From assembly GCA_024638815.1 (NCBI GenBank), contig JAHEJM010000007.1, positions 12,961-76,960 on the forward strand: DNA of 64,000 nucleotides, written 5' to 3'. Below, piece by piece: positions 50,703 to 61,939 of the stretch. Below the pieces are notes generated by a model. That model worked only from the letters and a program-made list of their open reading frames with translations, did not search any database and was not told the DNA's origin. Numbering within the stretch: the first letter of the stretch is position 1; the number at the start of each line of letters is the position of its first letter. The stretch comes from Acidimicrobiales bacterium. GTDB taxonomy: Bacteria; Actinomycetota; Acidimicrobiia; Acidimicrobiales; SZUA-35. Made by a program: the position numbers and the translations under genes.

Positions 50703-51812
50703 CTAGCGAAGGAAGGAGGGAACGTCGAAGTCGTCTTCCGGGTCCTCGTCGTCGTCGAAGAGCTGGATGCGCTCTCGCCGGGATCGCACCGGCGCGGGAT
50801 CCGTCGCGACGTCACGATCGGTCGTCGTGAATGCCGGCTCCGGCTCCGTCAGGTCGATCGTGGACTCGTCGTAGCGATCGAATCCGGCGGCGATGACGGT
50901 GACCTGGATCTCGTCGTCCAGATTCTCGTCGACCACGGTACCGAAGATGATGTTGGCATCGGGATGGGCCACATCGTGGATGATCTCGGCCGCCTCGCTG
51001 ACCTCGAACAACCCGAGATCGCTGGAGCCGGCGATGGTGAGCAGAATGCCTCGAGCCCCCTCGATGGAGGCTTCCAGGAGGGGACTGGCGATGGCGGCCC
51101 GGGACGCCGCCAGCGCTCGGCCCTCGCCTCCGGCCCGGCCGATACCCATCAGTGCGGAACCGGCCTCGTGCATGATCATGCGGACGTCGGCAAAGTCGGT
51201 GTTGATGAGGCCGGGGGTGGTGATCAGATCGGCGATGCCGCTCACACCCTGCAACAGGATCTCGTCGGCCATTCGGAAGGCGGAGACCATCGAGGTCTTC
51301 TCGTCGGCGATCGACAGGAGGCGGTCGTTGGGAATGACGATCTGGGTGTCGACCTTGTCCCGGAGCTTCTTGATGCCCTCGTCGGCCTGCACCGCCCGAC
51401 GTCTCCCCTCGAAACCGAAGGGCCGGGTGATAACGGCAATGGTGAGCGCACCCTGGCTCTTGGCCACCTCGGCGATAACCGGGGCGGCACCGGTTCCGGT
51501 GCCACCACCCTCGCCGGCGGTGATGAACACCATGTCGGCTCCGGTCAGCGCCCGGCTGATCTCCTCCCGATGCTCCTCGGCCGCCTGCTCGCCCACGACG
51601 GGGTCGCTACCGGCACCCAAACCACGGGTCAGCTCGCGGCCGATGTGAATCTTGGTCTCGGCATCGCTCATCAACAAGGCCTGGGCATCGGTGTTCACGG
51701 CGACGAACTCGACGCCCCGAAGCCCGGCATCGATCATTCGGTTGACGGCGTTGCATCCACCGCCGCCGATGCCGACGACCTTGACGACTGCCACATAGTT
51801 TTGGCTGCTCAT
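50703..51812 (-). CDS. ftsZ: cell division GTPase FtsZ
   Basis: [15 protein letters not shown], the tubulin signature [19 protein letters not shown], and the C-terminal peptide [10 protein letters not shown]. Confidence 0.97.
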   Translation of the reverse strand: MSSQNYVAVVKVVGIGGGGCNAVNRMIDAGLRGVEFVAVNTDAQALLMSDAETKIHIGRELTRGLGAGSDPVVGEQAAEEHREEISRALTGADMVFITAGEGGGTGTGAAPVIAEVAKSQGALTIAVITRPFGFEGRRRAVQADEGIKKLRDKVDTQIVIPNDRLLSIADEKTSMVSAFRMADEILLQGVSGIADLITTPGLINTDFADVRMIMHEAGSALMGIGRAGGEGRALAASRAAIASPLLEASIEGARGILLTIAGSSDLGLFEVSEAAEIIHDVAHPDANIIFGTVVDENLDDEIQVTVIAAGFDRYDESTIDLTEPEPAFTTTDRDVATDPAPVRSRRERIQLFDDDEDPEDDFDVPSFLR

Positions 51813-51978
51813 TGAATCCCCAGGCTAGCAGTGTTGGAGTTACAGATCGGGTACCCACGCCATGGGCCTGGGGGCGATCCGGTCGACCCCAGAACTGTCG
51901 AGCCACAAGCTTGCTGCTCGAGATAATAGGTCGGCGAGAGCCGACAATGGTGGATGCCGGTCAGCACCGGACATGGTC

Positions 51979-52914
51979 TCAGCATGTGGTTCCCCCTACT
52001 TGGACAACAGGATCACCGGCGTCATCGGTTACGTTTGACCCATCGGCCCGGCGCAAAGCCGGCGCCGCCGGGACTCTCAGATCGAGCATGGACAGACAGG
52101 ACAGATCGACTCGGGCCAGGACCGTCTCCAGACTCTGGAACTTGGGCCCGAGTTGGCTGCTGTCACCGAAGTTGGCCCGTCCCCCGGCGTCGAGGTCGGC
52201 CAACAGCTCACCGTCAACCACCTCCAGTGCCGAGATCCCGGCCGTCAAATGGTCGGGAAGGGCCTGCATGAAGTTGATGGGTAGCGCGACGTCGGGAGGA
52301 GCCATCTCCCCCAGCCGGCCCGACGCCTCCACACCGTCGACGGGAAGGAATCCGACAGGTCGGGAGTCGGCGCTCTCGATCTGACGACCCCAATAGTCGA
52401 CCAGTACAAATCCCGACGGCGACATCAGGGCCAGCACCGGGTCCCGTTCGGTGACGGCGATCGTGACCACGCCGGTCCAGTCTCGGCGGACGTTGACCTC
52501 GCCCACCCAGGGCACACGACGGACGGCATCGACGGCATGGTCGATGTCGACGTCAAGGAGGGGTTGGCCGATGACGATGGCCGAGGTGGTGATGATCTCA
52601 TCGACGTCGGCCCGCTCGGCACCGACCACCACCACCGAGTCGACGTCGAACCAGCCGCTGTTGAACAGACCGATCATGAGCACCGCCAACATCGACACCA
52701 TGGAGAGGGCGAGGACGAATCGGAAACGTCGGGCCGCCTGTTGCCGCTCGACCTCACTTCGCCGCTGGACGAATCGATTGACCGAACGGGCGGACTGATT
52801 CGAGCCCGACCGTGACCGCGTCCGAGATGTGGTACCAGAGCTCGACCCGGCCCGTCGGGTCCGTGTCGATCGTACCGTCGAGCGGCGACCGCCCCGAGAA
52901 CGGGTTGCGGTCAT
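51979..52914 (-). CDS. ftsQ: cell division protein FtsQ (POTRA-domain)
   Basis: A basic Arg/Ser/Thr-rich cytoplasmic tail, a single TM helix (FVLALSMVSMLAVLMIGLF), and a POTRA-like FDVDSVVVVGAERADVDEI. The position between murB and ftsZ fits FtsQ. Confidence 0.7.
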   Translation of the reverse strand: MTATRSRGGRRSTVRSTRTRRAGSSSGTTSRTRSRSGSNQSARSVNRFVQRRSEVERQQAARRFRFVLALSMVSMLAVLMIGLFNSGWFDVDSVVVVGAERADVDEIITTSAIVIGQPLLDVDIDHAVDAVRRVPWVGEVNVRRDWTGVVTIAVTERDPVLALMSPSGFVLVDYWGRQIESADSRPVGFLPVDGVEASGRLGEMAPPDVALPINFMQALPDHLTAGISALEVVDGELLADLDAGGRANFGDSSQLGPKFQSLETVLARVDLSCLSMLDLRVPAAPALRRADGSNVTDDAGDPVVQVGGTTC

Positions 52915-53888
52915 GATCCCTCCTTCGATGTGGTGGCCGAGGCCGGTTTCCCAGCGCCGGCGGGGCGCGACTCCAGCGATTCGAATCCGATGAGGTGGTT
53001 CTCCGGCCGCAACTCCACTCCGGTGGCCGCCGCCACCCGAAGCTGAAGCTCGCGAATCAGATGGAAGACATCGTCGCCCGATCCGTCGGGATCGACCTGG
53101 ATGAAGTTCGCGTGCTTGGTCGACACCTCGGCCGTTCCCATGCGAAGCCCTTTCAGACCGAGACTGTCGATCAGACGGCCGGCGGAATCACCATCAGGGT
53201 TGGCGAACACACTCCCGGCGTTCTGACCCCCGGGCTGGTGGGCTCTCCGCCACCGGACGATCTCGCTGATCTCCGCTTCCGACCGGACCCGGTCACCCGG
53301 TTCGAGCTGAAGACAGGCGGACAGCACCAGGTGGTGGGGGGCAATGGCCGAGCGCCGGTAGCCGAAGACCAGATCCGACGGGCTCCAGTTGGACATTTCG
53401 CCCGTGGCCAGATCGAAGACCTCGACCTCGGCCACCGAGGCCGCCATGTCCGAGCCGTGCCCGCCTGCGTTCATCCGCACCGCGCCTCCGATCGACCCGG
53501 GAACACCGACGGCCCATTCGAATCCGGTGAGGGATGCCGCCGCGGTACGGCGGGCCACCACGGGAAGGAAGGCTGCGCCACCAGCCGTGACCCGATGGCG
53601 ATCGGCGTCGATGTCGATGTCGGCGAAGGCCTCGCCCAGATGGAGAGCGATACCGGCGAATCCGGCTTCGGCCACCAGCAGGTTCGATCCTTTCCCCACC
53701 ACCAACGTGGGGCACCGGGATACGGCAACCGCCTTGGCCACCGCGACCAGGTCGTCACGGTGCTCGACATCGACCCACAGCGCGGCCGGACCGCCGGCGC
53801 GGTAGGTGCAGTGCGGGGCCAACGACTCGTGGCGTCGGGCCAGCGAACCGAGAACCGCTGCCGCGGCGTCGATGTCGACCGAGGTCAC
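52911..53888 (-). CDS. murB: UDP-N-acetylenolpyruvoylglucosamine reductase
   Basis: The FAD-binding domain is TYRAGGPAALWV...LVVGKGSNLLV. GSVFANP and a C-terminal MurB domain are present. Length is 325 aa. Confidence 0.9.
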   Translation of the reverse strand: MTSVDIDAAAAVLGSLARRHESLAPHCTYRAGGPAALWVDVEHRDDLVAVAKAVAVSRCPTLVVGKGSNLLVAEAGFAGIALHLGEAFADIDIDADRHRVTAGGAAFLPVVARRTAAASLTGFEWAVGVPGSIGGAVRMNAGGHGSDMAASVAEVEVFDLATGEMSNWSPSDLVFGYRRSAIAPHHLVLSACLQLEPGDRVRSEAEISEIVRWRRAHQPGGQNAGSVFANPDGDSAGRLIDSLGLKGLRMGTAEVSTKHANFIQVDPDGSGDDVFHLIRELQLRVAAATGVELRPENHLIGFESLESRPAGAGKPASATTSKEGS

Positions 53889-55375
53889 CGCTCGCCCCCA
53901 GGATCGGGGTTCGAGCCGTGTGCGGTGGAAGCCGGATCGAGCCCGGCCAGCACGGCATCGGGGATGGTGGTCAGATCGCCGGCCCCGAGGGTCATGCAGA
54001 GATCACCGGAGCGAAGCTCGGCCAGCAGTGCGGTGACCAGATCATCCAACCTCTCCACATAACGAACATCCTGCTCCGGATGGTCCTCCCGCACCACCTT
54101 GGCGATCAGTTCCCCGGTGATTCCGGCCCGGGGAGCCTCCCCCGAGGCATAGATACCGGTTACGAACAGCACGTCGGCTTCCATGAATGCATCACCGAAG
54201 GTTGACCACAGCTGCTCGGTCCGGCTGTAGCGATGGGGCTGGAAGGCGACCACCAGACGCCGCGGTTGTAGGCTGCGGGCGGCCGAGAGGGCGGCCTCGA
54301 CCTCGGTGGGGAGATGGGCGTAGTCGTCGACCAGCGTTATCCCCTCGGACTCACCCCGAACCTCGAAGCGGCGACCCACCCCACCGAAGCCGCTGAGCGC
54401 CTCGGCCGCCCGCTCCAGATCGGCGCCCAGTTCGACGGCCGTGGCCAGAGCGGCGGCAGCGTTCCGGGCATTGTGCATTCCCGGCTGACGAAGATGGAGC
54501 TTGACATCACCGCCGGGAGACTCCACCCGGAAGCTGACACCGGTCGGGGTGGGCAGCGCATCGCTGATCCGCCAGCGAGCGCCCCGGGACGTACCGTAGG
54601 TAATGGGTTCGGGGCCATCGGTGATGAATTCGATGAGGGCCGCCGCCCCCGGATCGTCGATGCAGATCACCCGGGGTCCGGAGGCCTGGGTCACGAACCG
54701 GACGAACGCCTGTCGCAACCGATCGAACCCACCGTAATGCTCCAGATGATCGGGTTCGACATTGGTCACGATCACAGCTTCGGCCTCGAGTTCGACAAAG
54801 GTCCCGTCGCTCTCGTCGGCCTCGACCACCAGAAGTTCCCCGGAGCCGACGTCGGCCCCCGAACCCAGGTCACGCAGGTTGCCACCGACGATGAACGCCG
54901 GGTCCAGACCGGCCCCTCTCAACGCGGCGGTGAGCATGGCCGACGTGGTCGTCTTGCCGTGGGTCCCGGCCACGGCCACGGTGCGCCACACCCGGGTCAG
55001 CTCGGCCAGGATCTCGGCTCGACGGAGTATGGGCAGGCCCCGGCGCCGGGCCTCCTCCATCTCGGGATTGGAGGCCGGGATGGCCGTCGAGTGGGTCACG
55101 ATCTCGGCATCACCGACGTTGTTCGCGTCGTGACCAACCGAGATGACCATTCCCGCCTGCCGTAGACGGTCGACCACCGCCGAAGACGACAGGTCCGAGC
55201 CGCTGACGGCGTGGCCCCGACCGACCAGCACCTCGGCAATGGCGCTCATGCCGGCACCGCCGATCCCGATGATGTGGATGCGGCGAGGTCGGTTCAGATC
55301 GACGACGTCGGCCAAGCCTCCGGATCGGGTTCCGGGAACGCCTGTCGACTTGGTGTCACGGGCAATCTCAGTCAT
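53885..55375 (-). CDS. murC: UDP-N-acetylmuramate--L-alanine ligase
   Basis: IHIIGIGGAGMSAIAEVL..GH.VSGSD and VAGTHGKTTTSAM. The start is placed at the ATG at 55375 (MTEIARD), overlapping the murG stop by 8 nt. Confidence 0.9.
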   Translation of the reverse strand: MTEIARDTKSTGVPGTRSGGLADVVDLNRPRRIHIIGIGGAGMSAIAEVLVGRGHAVSGSDLSSSAVVDRLRQAGMVISVGHDANNVGDAEIVTHSTAIPASNPEMEEARRRGLPILRRAEILAELTRVWRTVAVAGTHGKTTTSAMLTAALRGAGLDPAFIVGGNLRDLGSGADVGSGELLVVEADESDGTFVELEAEAVIVTNVEPDHLEHYGGFDRLRQAFVRFVTQASGPRVICIDDPGAAALIEFITDGPEPITYGTSRGARWRISDALPTPTGVSFRVESPGGDVKLHLRQPGMHNARNAAAALATAVELGADLERAAEALSGFGGVGRRFEVRGESEGITLVDDYAHLPTEVEAALSAARSLQPRRLVVAFQPHRYSRTEQLWSTFGDAFMEADVLFVTGIYASGEAPRAGITGELIAKVVREDHPEQDVRYVERLDDLVTALLAELRSGDLCMTLGAGDLTTIPDAVLAGLDPASTAHGSNPDPGGER

Positions 55376-56588
55376 GATCGAATTCTCCGATCTCGAGTAG
55401 CAGCCGGGCAACGTCGTGGGCCGCCCGGGGTCGGCCGGCGGACCGGGCCCCTTGGATCATCAGCGACCGCCTCTCCTCGTCGTCGACCAGGGGGTCGAGC
55501 ATGGTGGCCAGCCGGTCGGCATCCAGTTCATGGTCCTCGACCACCAGGGCCCCGCCGACCGCGGCCAGCTGCTCGGCATTGGCCGATTGGTGGTCTCGAG
55601 CGGCGATGGGCAGGGGAACCAGGATCGAGGGGAGGCCGGCCACCGCCAACTCGGCCACTGTCGACGCACCGGCCCGACACACCGCCACATCGGCGGCCAC
55701 CAGAAGGTCGGCCATGTGATCTTCGTACTCCACGCCGACATAGCACAGCCCCGAGCTTTCGGGTTCAGGCATCGACCGTCGGAACTGGGGCCAGTCACGG
55801 CGACCGACCACGTGATAGACGGCGACATCTTTGCGGTCGGCCCAGCGGGAAGCCAGCTCGGCCACGGCCTGATTGATTCGGGTCGCACCAAGTGAGCCGG
55901 ACCATACCACCACCAGGATCCGATCGACAAGAGGATTGGTGGTCTCGCCATCGAAGTCGGGCCAGATCCGTCGGGCAATGCGGTCCGCCGCCGCGGCCGA
56001 ATCGGCGCCGTCGACGGCTTCGATGATGCTGCGGCGGATGGGATTGCCGGTCACCACGCCGTTGGGAAGGTCGGTACCGGGGAAGGGTACGGCGCAGACC
56101 ATGGCGGATCGTGCGAAGAAGCGGTTGACGGCGCTGGCCCGGGCATTCTGTTCGGCCACCACCAGTGGAATGCGTAGCAGCACTGCGGCGAGTGAGGCGG
56201 CGAACGCGGCATAGCCTCCCAGGCACAGGACCACCCGGGGCCGACGCTTGGCCACCACGGCCACCCCCTTGATCAATCCGGCCACGAGACCGGCCACCGC
56301 TCCCACGTTGTCCTTGATGGCCGACGGGGTCAGCCTGCGCTGGATACCCCGGCCGGGCAGGAGGTCGATGGAGAACCCGGCGTCACCGACCAAGGTCTTC
56401 TCATTGCCCCGTCGGGCTCCTACAAAGTGGATTCGATCCTGGGCCAGGCCGGCGGCAACGAGGGCCTCGGCCACGGCGATACCGGGATTGGTGTGACCGG
56501 CGGTTCCACCTCCGGTGATCAGCACCGAGGGGGTGACGCCGGCCCGCCGATACGGCAATCGGGCGACGAGGGCGGGGCGCCGACTCAT
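55368..56588 (-). CDS. murG: undecaprenyldiphospho-muramoylpentapeptide beta-N-acetylglucosaminyltransferase
   Basis: VLITGGGTAGHTNPGIAVAEAL ... CRAGASTVAELAVAGLPSILVP. The start ATG at 56588 overlaps the ftsW stop (ATGA). The track ORF (to 57584) is an extension running through ftsW in another frame. Confidence 0.9.
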   Translation of the reverse strand: MSRRPALVARLPYRRAGVTPSVLITGGGTAGHTNPGIAVAEALVAAGLAQDRIHFVGARRGNEKTLVGDAGFSIDLLPGRGIQRRLTPSAIKDNVGAVAGLVAGLIKGVAVVAKRRPRVVLCLGGYAAFAASLAAVLLRIPLVVAEQNARASAVNRFFARSAMVCAVPFPGTDLPNGVVTGNPIRRSIIEAVDGADSAAAADRIARRIWPDFDGETTNPLVDRILVVVWSGSLGATRINQAVAELASRWADRKDVAVYHVVGRRDWPQFRRSMPEPESSGLCYVGVEYEDHMADLLVAADVAVCRAGASTVAELAVAGLPSILVPLPIAARDHQSANAEQLAAVGGALVVEDHELDADRLATMLDPLVDDEERRSLMIQGARSAGRPRAAHDVARLLLEIGEFDHD

Positions 56589-57961
56589 GCCGGTTGTCCT
56601 GCCTTGGGGGATCGGGTCGACGATGAGGGGGACGACGGCTCCTTGGCCCGACGAGCCACACCGACCAGAAGGCCGGCGGCGGCCAGGGTGGTGACCAGGC
56701 TGGAACCGCCGGCCGAGACGAAAGGCAGCGGTTCGCCGGTGGTGGGCAGTACTCCGAGCACGATGGCAATGTTGAGGAAGGCCTGGAACACGAGCCAGAT
56801 GGTGATGCCGGCGGCCAACAGCATGCCGAACCGATCGGGGGCCCCGAGGGCGGCCCTCACACCGAAGAAGGCGATGAGCACGAAGGCGGCGATGACGGCC
56901 GACGCCCCCATCATGCCCACCTCTTCGGCCACGATGGCGAAGATGAAATCCGAGTGGGCCTCGGGCAGGAAGCCCCATTTTGCCCGGCTCGCCCCCAACC
57001 CGACCCCCCAGATACCGCCGGAGGCGATTCCGACCTGGCTCTGGATGATCTGGAATCCGTCGCCCTGGGGGTCGGCCCATGGGTCGAGGAAGCTGGTGAG
57101 CCGATCCTGGCGATAGGACACGGCCATGGCCAGCACCGCACCGGAGGCGGCCAGACCCGAGGCCCAGGTGACAAGGCTGGACAACTTGGCGCCGGCCACG
57201 AACAACATGAGCCAGGCCACTGCGGCCAGCACAATGGGAGTTCCCAACTTCGGCTGCAGCACGATCAACCCGGACACCGCCAGCAGGACCAGCATCACCG
57301 GTCGCACGGTCAACTCGGGACGGTCCATTCGTCGTTCCCGCTTGGCCAGCAGGTCGGCGACGAAAATGATCAGCGACAGCTTGGCCAGCTCGGATGGCTG
57401 GACGACGAAGGTGCCGACGCCGAGCCAACGGGTGGAGCCGTTGACCGACACCCCGACGCCGGGAATGAGCACCACCACCAGCAGACCAAGGGTGAGTAAC
57501 AGCAACGGACCGGCCAGCCGGCGCAGGACGCGGTAGTCGAGGCGGGTCGCCACGACGAAGGCCGCCACTCCGATACCGGCCCACATGGCCTGGCGGGAGA
57601 ACTGGTAGAAGGGTGAGTCGGCGACCTGATGCATGCTGGTCACCGAGGAAGCCGACAGCACCATCACCAGACCGAACAGGGCCAGCACCACGAACACCGC
57701 GGTCAAAGCCGCCGCGTTGCGCTCACCGACGTCGGTTGCCGGGAGCTTGCGGCGCCGGCTGGATGCTCGTCCGGTCGACGAGCGCCGGCCCGAACCCCGA
57801 CGGTTGGACGGTCGGCTGGAGGACCGACCCTCGCCGCCGGCCACACCTCGCCGGGACAGCGACGATGACGAGCGGGTCGATGGGCGACGATCACCGGTCG
57901 ACCGGTTGCGACTGCCGGCCGACGCCGTCCTGGGTCGGGTTCGTCCGTTGGCTGTGGTCAT
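56585..57961 (-). CDS. ftsW: SEDS-family peptidoglycan glycosyltransferase FtsW
   Basis: This is a polytopic protein. QPSELAKL, ...DFIFAIVAEEVGMMG and ...PTTGEPLPFVSAGGSSL are FtsW/RodA motifs. The start is placed at the ATG at 57961, overlapping the murD stop (ATGA). A ~75-aa Arg/Ser-rich tail precedes TM1. Confidence 0.85.
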   Translation of the reverse strand: MTTANGRTRPRTASAGSRNRSTGDRRPSTRSSSSLSRRGVAGGEGRSSSRPSNRRGSGRRSSTGRASSRRRKLPATDVGERNAAALTAVFVVLALFGLVMVLSASSVTSMHQVADSPFYQFSRQAMWAGIGVAAFVVATRLDYRVLRRLAGPLLLLTLGLLVVVLIPGVGVSVNGSTRWLGVGTFVVQPSELAKLSLIIFVADLLAKRERRMDRPELTVRPVMLVLLAVSGLIVLQPKLGTPIVLAAVAWLMLFVAGAKLSSLVTWASGLAASGAVLAMAVSYRQDRLTSFLDPWADPQGDGFQIIQSQVGIASGGIWGVGLGASRAKWGFLPEAHSDFIFAIVAEEVGMMGASAVIAAFVLIAFFGVRAALGAPDRFGMLLAAGITIWLVFQAFLNIAIVLGVLPTTGEPLPFVSAGGSSLVTTLAAAGLLVGVARRAKEPSSPSSSTRSPKAGQPA

Positions 57962-59423
57962 TGGTTCAGCACCTCCTGTCGAACCAATTCGGTGAAGTCC
58001 TGGCCCCGCTGGACATAGTTGGCGTACCAGTCGAACGAGGTGCACGACGGTGACAACACCACGACATCACCGCGACGGGACAGTCGCCGGGCGGCGGCCA
58101 CGGCCTCGGACATGGATTCGGCCTGCTCCACCGGTACCAGACCCTCGAAAACGGCGGCGATCTCGGGGGTGGCATGGCCGATGGCCACCACCGAACGGAC
58201 GGGGGGCACGGTATGGGCCAGGGTGTCAAGGCTCAGACCCTTGTTCTTGCCTCCGGCGATGAGTACGACGGACTCGAAGCCGGCCATGGCCGCCACGGTG
58301 GCGTGGGGGACGGTGGCCTTGGAGTCGTTGAACCAGCGAACGCCGTCCCTCTCACCCACCAGCTCCAGGCGATGGGGTAGGCCGGCGAAGGTCCGAAGCG
58401 TGTCGACTACGGCCGAGATCGAGGCGCCGGCGGCGGTGGAGATGACGGCGCAGGCCAGGGCGTTGGCCACATCGTGGGGCTGCCGCCGGATCAGTTCGTC
58501 GATCGCCATGAACGGGCCGTCGGGTCCAACCAGGCTGCCCCGTTGCCAGTCGGGGTACCAGATCTCGTCACCGGGCTCGGCACCGTCGAGGGCCGGAACA
58601 TCGTTGGGTTCGACGCCGACCGCAAGGTCGTCGGATCGGCGTCGAACCAGCGAGAAGAGGCGAATATCGGCTCCGGACCGGCGGGCTCGACCGAGGTGGG
58701 TCATCACCACCGGATCGTCGGCGTTGGCCACCGCCACCGCTCCGGGATCGAGATGGCTCCATATCGACGCCTTGGCCTCCTCGTAGCACTCGAGGTCACG
58801 ATGGGCGTCGAGATGGTCGGGGGCGAAGTTGAGCCAGACCGCAACCCGAGGGGAGAACCGAGCGCTGTGGCCCAGCCGGAATGACGAGGCCTCGACCACG
58901 AACACCTCGGTCTCACCGTGATCCAGGGCCGCCACCAGCGGGACCTCGGTATTGCCCACCGCCTCGGCCACCAGACCCGATCGGTTCAGCACCTCGGTCA
59001 CCATCATGGTCACGGTTGTCTTGCCGTTGGTGCCGGTGATGGCGGCCATCGGTCGTTTGTCCCAGGCGTGGGCAAGATCAAACTCGCTCAGCACGGGAAC
59101 ACCGTGCTCGGCGGCCAGGGCGAAAACTGGGTGGTTGTCCGGTAATCCCGGGCTGGGCAGCAGCGCCGATGCCCGATCCACCAGGTGGAGCAGCCGTTCG
59201 GGCGATGGATGCTGGTGGAGCTCGACTCCGAGGATCTCGGCCGCGGCGAGGGCGTCGGGGTTGGCGGCATCGTCCACCACAGCCGGTTGATGACCTCGCC
59301 GGATCAAGGCCTCGGCCACCGCCTTACCGGTGATACCGAAGCCGACGATAAGGGGTCGGTCGAGCGGCAGCGGACTCGTAACGGTCACCGGTCTTGTGGC
59401 GGCGGTCTGCCGGTCCGTAGCGC

Positions 59424-59427
<4 letters not shown>
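57958..59427 (-). CDS. murD: UDP-N-acetylmuramoylalanine--D-glutamate ligase
   Basis: IVGFGITGKAVAEAL and ITGTNGKTTVTMM. The start ATG at 59427 overlaps the mraY stop (ATGA). The track ORF to 60018 is an extension. Confidence 0.9.
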
Positions 59428-60493
<1,066 letters not shown>

Positions 60494-60497
<4 letters not shown>

Positions 60498-61939
60498 GTC
60501 GCCGCCCCCAGAACGGTGAGGGCCACCTGGCGATCATCGAAGGCCAGGGTTTGGTCGCCGACGATCTGGTAGGTCTCGTGACCTTTGCCGGCGATGAGGA
60601 CGACGTCACCGGGTTCGGCCCGACTCAGCCCGGCGGCGATGGCGGCCCGCCGATCGGGTTCGACCAGGGCGGCCTTCGGATCGCGCAGACCACCGATAAT
60701 CGAGTCGATGATGGCCATGGGATCCTCGGAACGAGGATTGTCTGAGGTGATGACGACCACGTCTGCGCCTTTCTCCGCAACCTGGCCCATTTCCGGGCGC
60801 TTCCGGACGTCACGGTCTCCGCCGCAGCCGAAGATCACCAAGACCCGATTGTCACCGGCCACTTGTCGAGCTGCCGCCAGGGCGGACTGGAGGGCGTCCG
60901 GTGTGTGAGCGTAGTCGACGGCGACATGGAACGGTTGACCCCCTTCCACCAATTCGAACCGGCCCCGCACCGGTCTGGTTTCGGCCAGCGCCGAGACCAC
61001 ATCGACCTCACTCACACCGAGGGCGACGGCGGTGGTCGCCGCTGCCAGCGCGTTGCGAACGTTGTGGGCCCCGGCCAGGGGCAGCCGAACCCGGTGACCC
61101 CGCCAACGGAATCGGGCCACCGAGCCGTCGAAGCCGAGGCCCTCGGCCTGGGCCAGGTCATAGGTGAGGACCGTCTCCATCGACGAGCGGGCCATGTCGG
61201 CCAGCCGCCGGCCATAGGGGTCGTCGGTGTTGATCACTCCTATGGCGGAGAAGTCGTCGACGAAGAGGCGGGACTTGGCCTCGAAGTAGGCCTCGACGGT
61301 GCCGTGGAAGTCAAGATGGTCCCGACCGAGGTTGGTGAAGACGGCGGCCGCGAACCGTGTGCCGACCACCCGGTGCAGGCTCAGGGCGTGAGACGAAACC
61401 TCCATGGCGATGGCGAGCACGCCGTCACGCACGGCCCGGGCCAGGAGACGCTGCAGGTCGCTGGACTCCGGCGTGGTTCGTGCCCCCTTGACCGTGCCGA
61501 TGATCTCGGTGTTCGATCCCGCCCGGCGGAAGATGTCGTCCAGTAGCTGCACCACCGAGCTCTTGCCGTTGGTACCGGTGACGCCGATGACGGTTAGGTG
61601 GTCCGACGGCCGGCCGTGGACTTCGGCCGCAGCCAGACCCATGACGGCCCTGGCGTCATCGACCACGATCCGAGGCACGGCGAGGTCCAACTCCCGCTCC
61701 GCCAGCACCGCACTCGCCCCGGCCGACACCGCCGCCGGTGCGAAATCGTGGCCGTTCACGTTGGCCCCGGGGATACAGCAGTACAGCCATCGCGGTCCGA
61801 CCTGGCGGGAGTCATGGGTGACATCGACGATGGCGATGCCGTCTGACGATGCCAACCCGTGGATCACACCACCGCACACGGCGGCCAGATGATCGATCGT
61901 GACCGACTCCGGCTCCCGCTCGACGCCGGCCGCACTCAC
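60494..61939 (-). CDS. murE: UDP-N-acetylmuramoyl-L-alanyl-D-glutamate--2,6-diaminopimelate (or L-Lys) ligase
   Basis: THDSRQVGPRWLYCCIPG...GHDF, GVTGTNGKSS, TTPES, MEVSSHALSLHR, FTNLGRDHLDFH, DNPRSEDP and AGKGHETYQ. These are MurE motifs, not MurF motifs. Confidence 0.9.

Noticed and set aside
55368-57584. The track gives MurG as a 738-aa ORF. It gives MurD as 686 aa (57958-60018), DnaE as 1318 aa (33600-37556), the second SDR as 482 aa (22838-24286), the GT2 as starting at 32370, and the nitroreductase as starting at 39596.
   Set aside because: The N-terminal extensions overlap the preceding gene in another frame, are Arg/Pro/Gly-rich, and end exactly where a canonical ATG (often in an ATGA stop/start overlap) begins the conserved domain. 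I trimmed these to the internal starts.
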